Shown: positions 26,451 to 35,218, counted from the stretch's first letter. The stretch is 64,000 nt of DNA from Culturomica sp. (GCA_031271755.1 JAISVB010000075.1:14955-78954); one strand, 5' to 3'. Notes: generated from the sequence alone by a model not told the origin. Program-made: numbers and translations.

Positions 26451-26617
26451 ATACTTGTATTTTTGTTTTTTATACCGGACTGTTTTTCGACGCTGCTTCG
26501 TTATTCATGTGCTCTTGCTCCCTTCTGTTTCTGGTTCTCTTCCCATAGATTTGCATATATAACAGACACACTCTCCACCGGTATGCGAAACCAACTGCCA
26601 TAATTTGTAAAAAATGT

Positions 26618-27217
26618 TTGAATATGGAATCACAAACAATCCAAAGTAAAATCTACGAAATACGCGGTTTTCGGGTGATGCTGGATTTCGATCTGGCAGC
26701 GTTGTACGGAGTGCTTACAAAGGTGCTTAAACAAGCCGTAAAGAGGAATATAGAGCGTTTCCCCGAAGATTTTATGTTTGAATTATCTCCGGAAGAGTTC
26801 AAAAATTTGGGATGCCGAATTGGAACACCCTGTTTGAGGTCACAAACTGTGACCTCAAACAGGGGCGGTACACGTTATATGCCGTTCGCTTTCACGGAGC
26901 AAGGAGTTTCGATGCTTTCGGCAGTGTTGCGCAGTTCGGTGGCCGTACAGGTGAGCATTACAATTATGCGCGCTTTTGTGATTATGCGTAGCTATTTGAC
27001 CTCCAATGCGACGGTAACGGCAGAATTAGCGGAAATAAGGGCTAAATTGGAGCTGTTGGAACGCAGCAATGAAGAGACAATGGAAGCTGTAAATGATTTG
27101 TCGGAAGATATTCGTAAAGACATCGATAATCTCTATCATGTAATCGGAGAGTTGTCCGTAATAAATACCCGCGTGGAAAAACCACGGAAACGTATAGGTT
27201 TCGATTACGATCAATGA
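26618..27217 (+). CDS. ORF6N-domain (KilA-N-related DNA-binding) protein
   Basis: IQSKIYEIRGFRVMLDFDLAALYGV.TKVLKQAVKRNIERFPEDFMFELS...AFTEQGVSMLSAVLRS is the characteristic ORF6N sequence. The C-terminal half is coiled-coil. Confidence 0.85.
   Translation: MNMESQTIQSKIYEIRGFRVMLDFDLAALYGVLTKVLKQAVKRNIERFPEDFMFELSPEEFKNLGCRIGTPCLRSQTVTSNRGGTRYMPFAFTEQGVSMLSAVLRSSVAVQVSITIMRAFVIMRSYLTSNATVTAELAEIRAKLELLERSNEETMEAVNDLSEDIRKDIDNLYHVIGELSVINTRVEKPRKRIGFDYDQ
26828..26864. repeat. Perfect 17-bp inverted repeat with a 3-nt loop inside the ORF6N coding sequence
   Basis: CCCTGTTTGAGGTCACA-aac-TGTGACCTCAAACAGGG; both arms checked base by base. Confidence 0.95.
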
Positions 27218-27352
27218 GTTGTCCGTTACAGCCACTCTTGTGATTTTTTTTCCAATTGTGCTTCGTTTTGTAATAAATTGAATATTTTTACGACGGAAGT
27301 CGTACGGGTTGTAACTAAAAGATGAAGAAGAATAACAAATAAATACCAGATC

Positions 27353-29410
27353 ATGATCCATGAAAAATTAATACACCCTGCCGGCATTGTGGTTGTTGGC
27401 GGGTCGGAAGATACCTCTAAGCCGGGCGGGGCTGTTTTGCGAAACCTCCGGGACGGCTATTTCAAAGGCAGCCTGATGGTGGTAAATCCCAAAGCGGATA
27501 CGGTGCAGGGAGTAAAATCCTACCGGGATGTGCGCGATTTGCCGCAGACGGATTTGGCGGTGCTGGCCATTGCGGCCAAATTCTGCCCGGATGCCGTAGA
27601 AGTGCTGGCCAAAGAGAAAGGCACCCGTGCATTTATCATCCTCTCCGCCGGTTTTAGCGAAGAGAATAAAGAGGGGGCGCTCCTGGAGGAACGGATCGTT
27701 CGGACTATCGATTCGGTCGGCGGTTCTTTGATCGGGCCGAACTGTACCGGCGTGCTGACTACTCGCTACAATGCGGCTTTTACCGCTCCGGTTCCCCAAT
27801 TGGATCCCCACGGTGTGGATTTGATCTCCGGTTCCGGGGCTACCGCCATATTTATTGTAGACAACGGCATCCGGAAAGGGATCAAATTCAACAGCGTATT
27901 TGCCGTCGGCAATTCTGCACAGACAGGGGTGGAGGAGTTGTTGGAATACTTTGATGAATCATTCGACCCCGTCACCAGCTCCCGGATCAAATTACTTTAC
28001 GTAGAGAGCATCGGCAAGCCGGAGAAATTCCTGAAACACGCAGCTTCCCTTGTCCGGAAAGGGTGCCGGATCGCCGCCATCAAATCCGGCAGTTCCGCGG
28101 CCGGCAGCCGGGCGGCCTCTTCGCATACGGGCGCTTTGGCCAGTCCGGACATAGCGGTGGAGGCGCTTTTCCGCAAGGCCGGCATTGTCCGTTGCCACGG
28201 GCGGGATGAGTTGATGACGGTGGCCGGGATTTTCAGCTATCCGTCTTTACAGGGAAAAAACATGGCGATCATTACCCACGCCGGCGGACCGGCCGTTATG
28301 CTGACCGATGCGCTTTCCAACGGTCACATGGAAATCCCGCACATCGAAGGCCCTAAAGCGGACGAACTGCTCGCCAAACTGTTTGGCGGATCGTCCGTGG
28401 GGAATCCCATTGATTTTTTGGCGACGGGCACGGCGGAGCAGTTGGGGCAGATCGTGGACGCCTGTGAAAACGACTTCCCCGAAATAGACGGCATGGCGGT
28501 CATTTTCGGCAGCCCCGGCTTGGCGCCTATATTTGAACCTTACAATGTGTTGGCGGAAAAGATCAAAACCGCCCGTAAACCGATCTTCCCGATCTTCCCC
28601 TCTTATGAAATCGTACAGGAGGAGGTCAACGGATTCGTAAAAGCCGGCGGCGTTTACTTTCCGGACGAAGTCCTGTTCGGAACAGCCTTGGCGAAAGTGT
28701 ACCACACCGAGCCGCCGCTGCCGGAAAATGCCGCACTGCCGGAGATTGACGTTCAACGCATCCGTGCTGTTGCAGACCGGGCGGCGAACGGCTATCTGGC
28801 TCCGGAAGAGATCCGTGAACTGCTGGATGCAGCCGGTATCGCCCGCGCCAAAGAGGGGGTGAGCGACCGGGAGGAGGAGTGCGTAGCGCTTGCGCGGGAG
28901 ATCGGCTTCCCCTTGGTGATGAAAGTCGTGGGGCCTGTACACAAGTCGGATGTCGGCGGCGTTGTGCTGAATGTTACAGACGAATCGACCGTCCGGAAAG
29001 AGTTCGGTCGGATGATGCAGATCCCGGATACGTATGCCGTTATGCTGGCCCAACAACTGAAAGGAACGGAAGTGTTTATCGGCGCTAAGCGCGAAGATAA
29101 GTTCGGACATTTGGTGCTGTGCGGGCTGGGCGGTATTTTTATCGAGGTGTTGAAAGACATACAGGCCGGTTTGGCGCCGATAACCCCGACCGAAGCGGCC
29201 GGCATGATCCGGCGGCTGCGTTCCTACAAGATCATTCGGGGCGTCCGGGGGCAGGAGCCGGTCAACGAAGCCCGGTTTGCCGAAATGATCTCCCGGGTTT
29301 CTGCCCTGGTAAAAGCCGCCCCCGAGATTTTTGAAATGGATCTGAACCCGTTGTTGGGAAACAAGGAAAATGTGGTGGCTGTGGACGCCCGGATCCGCAT
29401 CGAGAAATAG
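27353..29410 (+). CDS. Acetate--CoA ligase family protein (ADP-forming acyl-CoA synthetase: CoA-binding, ligase-CoA and ATP-grasp domains)
   Basis: The N-terminus has a CoA-binding Rossmann fold (IVVVGGSEDTSKPGG) and GPNCTG. The phosphohistidine region is SHTGALA. The C-terminus has an ATP-grasp (FPLVMKVVGPVHKSDVGGV). Size is 685 aa. Confidence 0.85.
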   Translation: MIHEKLIHPAGIVVVGGSEDTSKPGGAVLRNLRDGYFKGSLMVVNPKADTVQGVKSYRDVRDLPQTDLAVLAIAAKFCPDAVEVLAKEKGTRAFIILSAGFSEENKEGALLEERIVRTIDSVGGSLIGPNCTGVLTTRYNAAFTAPVPQLDPHGVDLISGSGATAIFIVDNGIRKGIKFNSVFAVGNSAQTGVEELLEYFDESFDPVTSSRIKLLYVESIGKPEKFLKHAASLVRKGCRIAAIKSGSSAAGSRAASSHTGALASPDIAVEALFRKAGIVRCHGRDELMTVAGIFSYPSLQGKNMAIITHAGGPAVMLTDALSNGHMEIPHIEGPKADELLAKLFGGSSVGNPIDFLATGTAEQLGQIVDACENDFPEIDGMAVIFGSPGLAPIFEPYNVLAEKIKTARKPIFPIFPSYEIVQEEVNGFVKAGGVYFPDEVLFGTALAKVYHTEPPLPENAALPEIDVQRIRAVADRAANGYLAPEEIRELLDAAGIARAKEGVSDREEECVALAREIGFPLVMKVVGPVHKSDVGGVVLNVTDESTVRKEFGRMMQIPDTYAVMLAQQLKGTEVFIGAKREDKFGHLVLCGLGGIFIEVLKDIQAGLAPITPTEAAGMIRRLRSYKIIRGVRGQEPVNEARFAEMISRVSALVKAAPEIFEMDLNPLLGNKENVVAVDARIRIEK

Positions 29411-29433
29411 TTGACAGAGTTTAGTTATTTGTT

Positions 29434-29592
29434 ATGAAAAAGTGGAAAGAGTACACTCCGCCCGAAAAGCGGATGCTGATCACGCTGATCGTTCTGGTCG
29501 TTGCTGTATTGCTGAGCTGGGGACGGGTGTCGGAAAGCCTGAAAAAATACCTGGGCAACCGGAATGTATCCCCCACAGAAACAACTCCATAA
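29434..29592 (+). CDS. Possible small membrane protein (52 aa), below the ORF-track size cutoff
   Basis: My translation is MKKWKEYTPPEKRMLITLIVLVVAVLLSWGRVSESLKKYLGNRNVSPTETTP, with one clear TM helix. It ends 7 nt before the next gene. There is no homology evidence. Confidence 0.35.
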   Translation: MKKWKEYTPPEKRMLITLIVLVVAVLLSWGRVSESLKKYLGNRNVSPTETTP

Positions 29593-29599
29593 TAGTGCT

Positions 29600-30286
29600 A
29601 TGAAAAAACAGGACTTTCTCTTTGCCGGGTGTTTTTTGGCGATTTTGGCGCCCTTTTTTCTCTCTTCTTCCGTGTATGACTGGTATCTCTCTTTTAACCG
29701 GGCGCACGGATTGATGATGAGTTTTCTGAAGTTCGCGGTGCTCTCCACGGCGGGGGAGATGATCGGGCTGCGGATCACTGCCGGTGTGTACAACCGGAAA
29801 GGCTTCGGACTGCTTCCCCGGGCATTGGTGTGGGGCATATTGGGGATGGGGATCAGCATGGCCATGACCCTGTTTGCCGGCGGAACACCCATTTTACTGG
29901 AGCAGTTGGGAGTGGACGGTGCCGTTGCTGCCATCGGCGGTCCGCTGAGTTGGGGGAAGGCCGGGGTGGCTTTTGCCATCTCGGTGGCCATGAACACTGT
30001 TTTTGCACCGGTTTTTATGACGTTGCACAAGATGACCGACCTGCACATTGTCGACAACGGCGGCACGGTACGCGGATTTTTCACCCCGTTCAAAGCGGCC
30101 GGGAAGTTGAAAAAACTGAACTGGGACGTACAATGGAACTTCGTCTTCAAAAAAACGATCCCCCTTTTCTGGTTCCCTGCTCACACCGTTACCTTTCTGC
30201 TTCCCGGGAATTTCCGGGTACTTTTTGCCGCTTTACTGGGCGTTGTCCTGGGCGTACTGCTCTCCGTTGCCGCCCGGAAAAAATAG
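29600..30286 (+). CDS. Integral membrane protein of unknown function (about 6 TM), with weak Mpv17/PMP22-like C-terminal pattern
   Basis: The internal ATG at 29600 (MKKQDFLF...) was chosen. Hydrophobic helices run throughout. The C-terminal pattern is W.P...TF..P..FRVLF. Confidence 0.6.
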   Translation: MKKQDFLFAGCFLAILAPFFLSSSVYDWYLSFNRAHGLMMSFLKFAVLSTAGEMIGLRITAGVYNRKGFGLLPRALVWGILGMGISMAMTLFAGGTPILLEQLGVDGAVAAIGGPLSWGKAGVAFAISVAMNTVFAPVFMTLHKMTDLHIVDNGGTVRGFFTPFKAAGKLKKLNWDVQWNFVFKKTIPLFWFPAHTVTFLLPGNFRVLFAALLGVVLGVLLSVAARKK

Positions 30287-30299
30287 CCTGTTGCTCCGG

Positions 30300-32531
30300 C
30301 TATTCCCACCGGACTTCGATTCTCTTTCCGGAAGCGGAGACGGCGTAAATCCGGGTATCGTCGTCGAGATCTTTTACGATGATGCGCTCCTGCGGCATAT
30401 AGATTTGTGTAAGAACCGGCTGTTTCTTTGTTCCGGAAGATTGCCGGACCTCGTAAGCAACTACATGCTTCCACCCGTTGAGTTGCAGCGAATTTCCGGT
30501 CAGTTGCGCCGTACCCTGTACGATTTCCCGGTTGTTTTTGAACAGTTCCGCATTATTATCCCGCAAGTATTTGATCTCTAATGGCTTTTTCAATTTGAGA
30601 GAAGCGATGTGCTTTTTTAATTTATCGATATCCTCTGCCGGAACTTCAAAAGGACCCTGGAAAACGGTTGCATTGCCGGTCACGGCTACCGGTGTCAAAA
30701 ATCCCCAGTCCGCAAAGAAACCGGTCAGGTCGTACCCGGAGATTTCGCAGCACAGTTTCACGAAGTTCAATTGGGCTTCCCCGGCCGTCGCAGGGTCTTT
30801 ATCTTTTCGTATCCGTTCAAACACATCCGCATAGAAATCGGTGCGTCCGAGTACGTTGGAGTTGTAAAGCTGAAGTTGCCAGAAAGGGATTAACTGTACA
30901 AACACATTCACGCGGGCTCCATCCCCGAACGTGGAAAAGGGATACCGGTGGATAAACATCGGGTGGCTTTTGGGGTACTCTCTTTCCTGCAGAATGCGGG
31001 AAGGATTCCCGAATGTGGTCTGGACATAGAGGGAAAGGATGTTGTTGGTGACCTCCACCATGCCTTGCCAGCGCAGTCCCGGACGGGTTTGCAACACGTG
31101 TCCCACCTCGTGCGCCGGTCCCCAGACCTGGGTTGTCCGGAACAGTTCCGGATTCAGGATCCGATTCAGCGGGCCTTTGGAGTAGCCGGTGCGGTAGGCC
31201 GTTGCATACATGTAAAGATCACTGTCGTCCGCCACAAAAAATATCCTGTTCTTTTGTTCCCGTTTGTATTTCTGCAGACCGATAAATTGTTCTTCGAGCA
31301 GCACCAGCGAGTCATACACCTGGATCAGGCGGTTTCCCTCCTTCGGGCAGCCGGCCAGGTAATTCTCCACCGGAAAACAGAGGTGCGCATAATCCCCTAC
31401 GGCGTCGAAAAACGGAGCTACTGTTCCGTTCAACAGGTTTACCCAATCTTGGTCGGAGTGACGGTTTTTGTCGAAATAACCGTTTACTTTCCCGGTGGCG
31501 AAATGAATTTTCACGGGCTGTGTTGCCTGTTCCGAATGGTACATGACATAGACCAATCCCGGGTGTTTCATTTTCAGTTTGTTCACCCCCTCTTTCAGCA
31601 AATAGGTGGTTCCCCCGAACCGGCGGGTCGGGTAATCGATGACCCGGATGGAAAGAGAAGAACCGTGTGTATTCCCGACAAAAACCACCAGATCCTCTCC
31701 CGCTTCCGCATAAATACCCGTAGGATTGTCTAATAGGTTGAACGGATTGGCTTTCAGGGTAACATCCTGGTGCGGATAGGGATAGGGCCGGTACTCCTGT
31801 ATGCGGAACGCTTGGTCGTAGGTACCGTGCCAAAGTTGTAAAGCAAGCTGTTTCAGGAAGTCGTTCCCGATTTTTTCAATTTCCGGAAGATCTGTCCCTT
31901 TTTTCAGTTCGGAATAACTGCCGTCGGTAAAGATCCAGGTCAGGGCTTCCGTATTGTTGTTTTTCCGGTAAAATTCCATTTCGGCGCAACTCACGAACCC
32001 CTGGCCGTCCCCGGCGCCGGAAAATATATGCAGTTTGATCGCTTCCGGATTCCGGAGCGGGGGGTCGAACGGAACAATGCCGGGAGAACCGGCGCCTCCG
32101 AAATCATATGTTCCGATTTTCCGGTACTCCGGGTTTTCCGCACTGTTCGCATACAATTCAAATTTCCGGATATTTCCGTTTACCCCTTCCTGACGCGGGT
32201 AATAGATCATGTAATCGACTCTTCCGGCCTCTTTGAAAAAGTATTCCAGATCGATCGGGAAGTACGCTTCTCCCTGATTGCGCCAGGAAGAGTGGTAAAT
32301 GGTATTTTGATCCCCGTCGAACGAGCGTTGGATCCCTTCCGGTAATTGGGAACTGGAAGCTTTCCCTTTGTATACCGGGATCTTTGTGTCTTCGGGAACC
32401 TCTAAGGTACTGCTTGCATCAAATTGTGCTGTTGCCGGAACAGTTGTCCGGGAAGCGGTTGTTTGCATGGCCGGTCTGCCACAGGCACAAAGACAAACAA
32501 ACAGGGCGGGCATAAAGATAACTCTTTTCAT
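30300..32531 (-). CDS. M60-like (enhancin-type) zinc metallopeptidase lipoprotein with an N-terminal F5/8 type C (discoidin/CBM32-like) domain
   Basis: The lipobox is MKRVIFMPALFVCLCACG. The discoidin-like region is SFDGDQNTIYHSSW...IRKFELY. The zinc site is WGPAHEVGHVLQ with a downstream glutamate. ATG 32531 was chosen because the -7 box at 32560 lies inside the longer ORF. Confidence 0.82.
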   Translation of the reverse strand: MKRVIFMPALFVCLCACGRPAMQTTASRTTVPATAQFDASSTLEVPEDTKIPVYKGKASSSQLPEGIQRSFDGDQNTIYHSSWRNQGEAYFPIDLEYFFKEAGRVDYMIYYPRQEGVNGNIRKFELYANSAENPEYRKIGTYDFGGAGSPGIVPFDPPLRNPEAIKLHIFSGAGDGQGFVSCAEMEFYRKNNNTEALTWIFTDGSYSELKKGTDLPEIEKIGNDFLKQLALQLWHGTYDQAFRIQEYRPYPYPHQDVTLKANPFNLLDNPTGIYAEAGEDLVVFVGNTHGSSLSIRVIDYPTRRFGGTTYLLKEGVNKLKMKHPGLVYVMYHSEQATQPVKIHFATGKVNGYFDKNRHSDQDWVNLLNGTVAPFFDAVGDYAHLCFPVENYLAGCPKEGNRLIQVYDSLVLLEEQFIGLQKYKREQKNRIFFVADDSDLYMYATAYRTGYSKGPLNRILNPELFRTTQVWGPAHEVGHVLQTRPGLRWQGMVEVTNNILSLYVQTTFGNPSRILQEREYPKSHPMFIHRYPFSTFGDGARVNVFVQLIPFWQLQLYNSNVLGRTDFYADVFERIRKDKDPATAGEAQLNFVKLCCEISGYDLTGFFADWGFLTPVAVTGNATVFQGPFEVPAEDIDKLKKHIASLKLKKPLEIKYLRDNNAELFKNNREIVQGTAQLTGNSLQLNGWKHVVAYEVRQSSGTKKQPVLTQIYMPQERIIVKDLDDDTRIYAVSASGKRIEVRWE

Positions 32532-32559
32532 ATAACAGGGGGGATTTGCGTGTTGCTTG

Positions 32560-32567
32560 CAAATATA
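32560..32567 (-). promoter_or_regulatory. Candidate -7 box (TATATTTG) for the M60-like peptidase gene
   Basis: The minus strand reads CTCTATATTTGCAAGC, 28 nt upstream of ATG 32531. Confidence 0.45.
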
Positions 32568-32599
32568 GAGGATTTTCTTTATCATCCGCTTTCTATTGC

Positions 32600-32607
32600 T
32601 ATTTTTG
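32600..32607 (+). promoter_or_regulatory. Candidate -7 box (TATTTTTG) for the M24 peptidase gene
   Basis: The plus strand reads GCTATTTTTGCACG, 29 nt upstream of ATG 32637 and divergent from the M60 promoter. Confidence 0.45.
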
Positions 32608-32636
32608 CACGATCTATGTCATTAAAAACCGGAAAG

Positions 32637-33806
32637 ATGAGAATGCCTGAAAACGAGCAAGAGTTAAAATATTCCCGCCTGCGGGAAGCCATGCGGGGAG
32701 ATAACGCAGATGCCTGCCTCATCTCCCTGAACATCCATCACTATTATTTTACGGGCGAAGTGTTCAACGGCTACCTGTACATCACGACCGAAAGCGGGCC
32801 CTGTTATTTTCTCATCCGCCCTTCCGGACCGGATGCGGAAAACCGCTATAACATCCGCAAACCGGAAGAGATCCCGGGTATATTGGCCGGCTTGGGTATT
32901 TCGCTTCCCCGGCGTTTGTGGCTGGAAGCCGATGAGTTGCCTTATTCCGCCTATGTCCGGTTGAAACATATTTTCCGGCCGGAGTCGGAAGGGAACGCTT
33001 CTGCGGCTTTCCGGCAATTGCGGATGATAAAGACTCCCTGGGAGATCCGGCAACTCCGTCATTCGGCCCGGCAGCACGAAGCGGTTTACCGGGAGATCCC
33101 GGCCTGTTACCGCCCCGGCATGACCGATCTGGAGTTGCAGATCGCCGTCGAGAACCGGATGCGGCAGCACGGTTCGATCGGCCATTTCCGGGCGTTCGGT
33201 GCAAACATGGATATTTTTATGGGCAGTCTGTTAGCCGGAGAAAATGCGGGAACCCCTTCTCCTTTTGACTTTGCGCTGGGCGGTGCCGGCATGCACGCCT
33301 CCACGCCTATCGGCGCCAACGGTACCGTACTGGCGGAGGGTATGTCGGTGATGGTCGATATGTCCGGTAATTACACCGCTTACATGACCGATATGACACG
33401 GGTGTTCTCGGTCGGCAAGCTGAAAGACGAGGCGTATGCGGCACACCGGGTGGCGTTGGAGATGGAGAACTGGCTGGAGGAACAGGCCAGGCCGGGCATG
33501 ATCTGCTCGGATATCTACGGATATGCTTTGGAAACGGCACGACAGGCCGGATGGGGAGAAAATTTTATGGGTACCCGCCTGCAGGCCCGGTTTGTCGGGC
33601 ACGGCGTCGGTTTGCAGATCAACGAATTGCCGGTACTGGCGCCCCGTTGCGACACTCCCCTGCAACCGGGCATGGTGTTTGCCTTCGAACCGAAATTCGT
33701 ACTTCCGGGTACGGGTGCGGTGGGCATCGAAAACACCTGGTTGGTGACGGAGGGCGGCGTGGAGAAGTTGACCTGCCTGCCGGAGGAGATCATCCCCCTC
33801 TCCTGA
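32637..33806 (+). CDS. M24-family Xaa-Pro aminopeptidase/dipeptidase
   Basis: A creatinase-like N-terminal domain is followed by a pita-bread fold with metal ligands (DMSGNY..YMTDMTR, GHGVGLQINE, FEPK, IENT). The start was set downstream of the -7 box. The ORF-track start at 32424 overlaps the M60 gene. Confidence 0.82.
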   Translation: MRMPENEQELKYSRLREAMRGDNADACLISLNIHHYYFTGEVFNGYLYITTESGPCYFLIRPSGPDAENRYNIRKPEEIPGILAGLGISLPRRLWLEADELPYSAYVRLKHIFRPESEGNASAAFRQLRMIKTPWEIRQLRHSARQHEAVYREIPACYRPGMTDLELQIAVENRMRQHGSIGHFRAFGANMDIFMGSLLAGENAGTPSPFDFALGGAGMHASTPIGANGTVLAEGMSVMVDMSGNYTAYMTDMTRVFSVGKLKDEAYAAHRVALEMENWLEEQARPGMICSDIYGYALETARQAGWGENFMGTRLQARFVGHGVGLQINELPVLAPRCDTPLQPGMVFAFEPKFVLPGTGAVGIENTWLVTEGGVEKLTCLPEEIIPLS

Positions 33807-33883
33807 ATCCCCCTCTCCGCGCATACTCCACGACATGGCTCCGAAAAAAATCCGGAACCGTTTCGGAATATCGGAATTATAAC

Positions 33884-33891
33884 TATATTTG
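33884..33891 (+). promoter_or_regulatory. Candidate -7 box (TATATTTG) for rpsP-rimM
   Basis: AACTATATTTGCGCCTCC lies 48 nt upstream of the rpsP ATG. TTTC sits 19 nt upstream as a weak -33 element. Confidence 0.5.
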
Positions 33892-33939
33892 CGCCTCCTA
33901 TCGGGTATAGGAGATTCATTTATTTTAATTGATTAAAAA

Positions 33940-34530
33940 ATGGCAACAAAAATCAGACTTGCGAGACACGGACGGAAAGGCCGTCCATTCTATCATGTAG
34001 TGATAGCGGATAGCAGGGCGCCACGCGATGGCAAATTTATTGAGAAAGTAGGAACGTATGATCCGAACACCAATCCGGCTACTATCAATCTCAAATTCGA
34101 CAGAGCTCTTTATTGGCTGCAGGTTGGGGCGCAACCCACCGACACAGCCAAAAGGATTTTGTCTTACAAAGGCGTATTGTTGAAAAAACACCTGCTGGAA
34201 GGGGTGAAAAAGGGTGCTTTCGATGAGGCGGCTGCAGAAGTAAAATTCGAAGCCTGGATGAAAGAAAAAGATTCGAAAGTACAGGCAAAGATCTCCAAAT
34301 TAGCACAGGAAGGCGACACGGCTGCCAAATCCCGTTTGGAAGCGGAAGCAAAAGTACGGGCTGCCCGGGAAGCAGAGATAGCTAAGAAACGGGCGGAAGC
34401 AGAAGCAGCCAGGCAGGCGGAAGCAGCCGAAGCTGTTGCAGAAGAGGCTCCCGCAGCCGAAACGGAAACCGCTCCTGTGGCCGAAGCCGAAGCAGCTCCT
34501 GCTGTGGAGGAAACTCCTGCCGCAGAGTGA
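33940..34530 (+). CDS. rpsP: 30S ribosomal protein S16 with a long Ala/Glu/Lys-rich C-terminal extension
   Basis: [42 protein letters not shown] is canonical S16. Residues ~85-196 are a low-complexity tail. Confidence 0.95.
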   Translation: MATKIRLARHGRKGRPFYHVVIADSRAPRDGKFIEKVGTYDPNTNPATINLKFDRALYWLQVGAQPTDTAKRILSYKGVLLKKHLLEGVKKGAFDEAAAEVKFEAWMKEKDSKVQAKISKLAQEGDTAAKSRLEAEAKVRAAREAEIAKKRAEAEAARQAEAAEAVAEEAPAAETETAPVAEAEAAPAVEETPAAE

Positions 34531-34531
34531 T

Positions 34532-35056
34532 ATGATCAGACAGGAAGAGTGTATCGTTGTCGGGAAAGTTCAGAAAACCCATAACCTGTACGGGGAAGTG
34601 GTCATCGCCTCCGATACCGATCTTCTGGAAAAATATGCGGACAAACCGGTGTTCCTTCTGTTGGAAGGAGCGCCGGTTCCTTTTTTTATCTCCGAAGAGG
34701 GGCTCTCCATGCGCAATCACCACTCCTATCTGGTTAAATTCGACCTGGTGGATTCGCAGGAAGAAGCCGAACAGCTTCTGGGGGCGGATGTATTGGTCTT
34801 GGGAACGGATTCGGACAATGTACCGGCCGAACCGGATATTTTCGACTTGGTGGGGTTTGCCGTGACGGATGAGCGGAGCGGAGCGGAGGGAGTGGTTGCG
34901 GATGTGGCCGATTACTCCGGGAACATAGTTTTCACCCTTGTCATTTTCGGCAAAGAGATCCTGCTTCCGCTGGCTGACGATTACCTGAAACAGATCGACC
35001 GGGAAGAAAAAAAATTAGTTGTTTTTATCCCTGCTGAAATTGCCGATCTCTATTGA
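34532..35056 (+). CDS. rimM: Ribosome maturation factor RimM
   Basis: ATG 34532 lies 1 nt after the rpsP stop. VGKVQKTHNLYGEVVI is the RimM N-terminal barrel and a PRC barrel forms the C-terminus. The rpsP-rimM synteny is conserved. Confidence 0.85.
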   Translation: MIRQEECIVVGKVQKTHNLYGEVVIASDTDLLEKYADKPVFLLLEGAPVPFFISEEGLSMRNHHSYLVKFDLVDSQEEAEQLLGADVLVLGTDSDNVPAEPDIFDLVGFAVTDERSGAEGVVADVADYSGNIVFTLVIFGKEILLPLADDYLKQIDREEKKLVVFIPAEIADLY

Positions 35057-35157
35057 GCTTCTTATACGTTGCATTTTCCTGTCCTTATCTGCTGCCACTT
35101 TTGCTTTCATCAGGCAGTTTCGGAAGATTACGTACTGTTAATTTCCATTCTTTTCTG

Positions 35158-35165
35158 TACCTTTG
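35158..35165 (+). promoter_or_regulatory. Candidate -7 box (TACCTTTG) for the RNR gene
   Basis: GTACCTTTGCTC lies 53 nt upstream of ATG 35219. Confidence 0.35.
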
Positions 35166-35218
35166 CTCTACTGTCCGGCAGGGCGGGACAGTCGTATGGG
35201 AAAAACGTATAAATAGAT

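Noticed and set aside
26399-26617. Possible lysine riboswitch in the 219-nt region upstream of aspartate kinase
   Set aside because: A good -7 box (TATTTTTGCGCCC) lies only 32 nt upstream of the ATG, leaving a leader far too short for a ~180-nt L-box. I also could not find the conserved L-box core elements in the reverse complement. The remaining spacer is better explained as a divergent promoter region with the ORF6N gene.
29425-30150. 241-aa minus-strand ORF
   Set aside because: It is antisense to the 52-aa and 228-aa membrane-protein genes, which show clean TM-helix periodicity and sensible starts. The minus-strand product is Pro/Ala/Ser-rich and would have no room for a promoter before the M60 gene end.
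32424-32636. Long N-terminal extensions of the M24 peptidase ORF (from 32424) and the M60 ORF (to 32585)
   Set aside because: The extensions overlap each other on opposite strands and contain each gene's own candidate -7 box. The internal starts give a lipoprotein signal peptide for M60 and a standard N-terminus for M24.
35057-35218. Possible cobalamin riboswitch upstream of the class II RNR gene
   Set aside because: Only a partial GCCACT match (about 35091) is present. The spacer is 162 nt, with a candidate -7 box 53 nt before the ATG. B12 riboswitches normally repress B12-independent isozymes, not a B12-dependent RNR.
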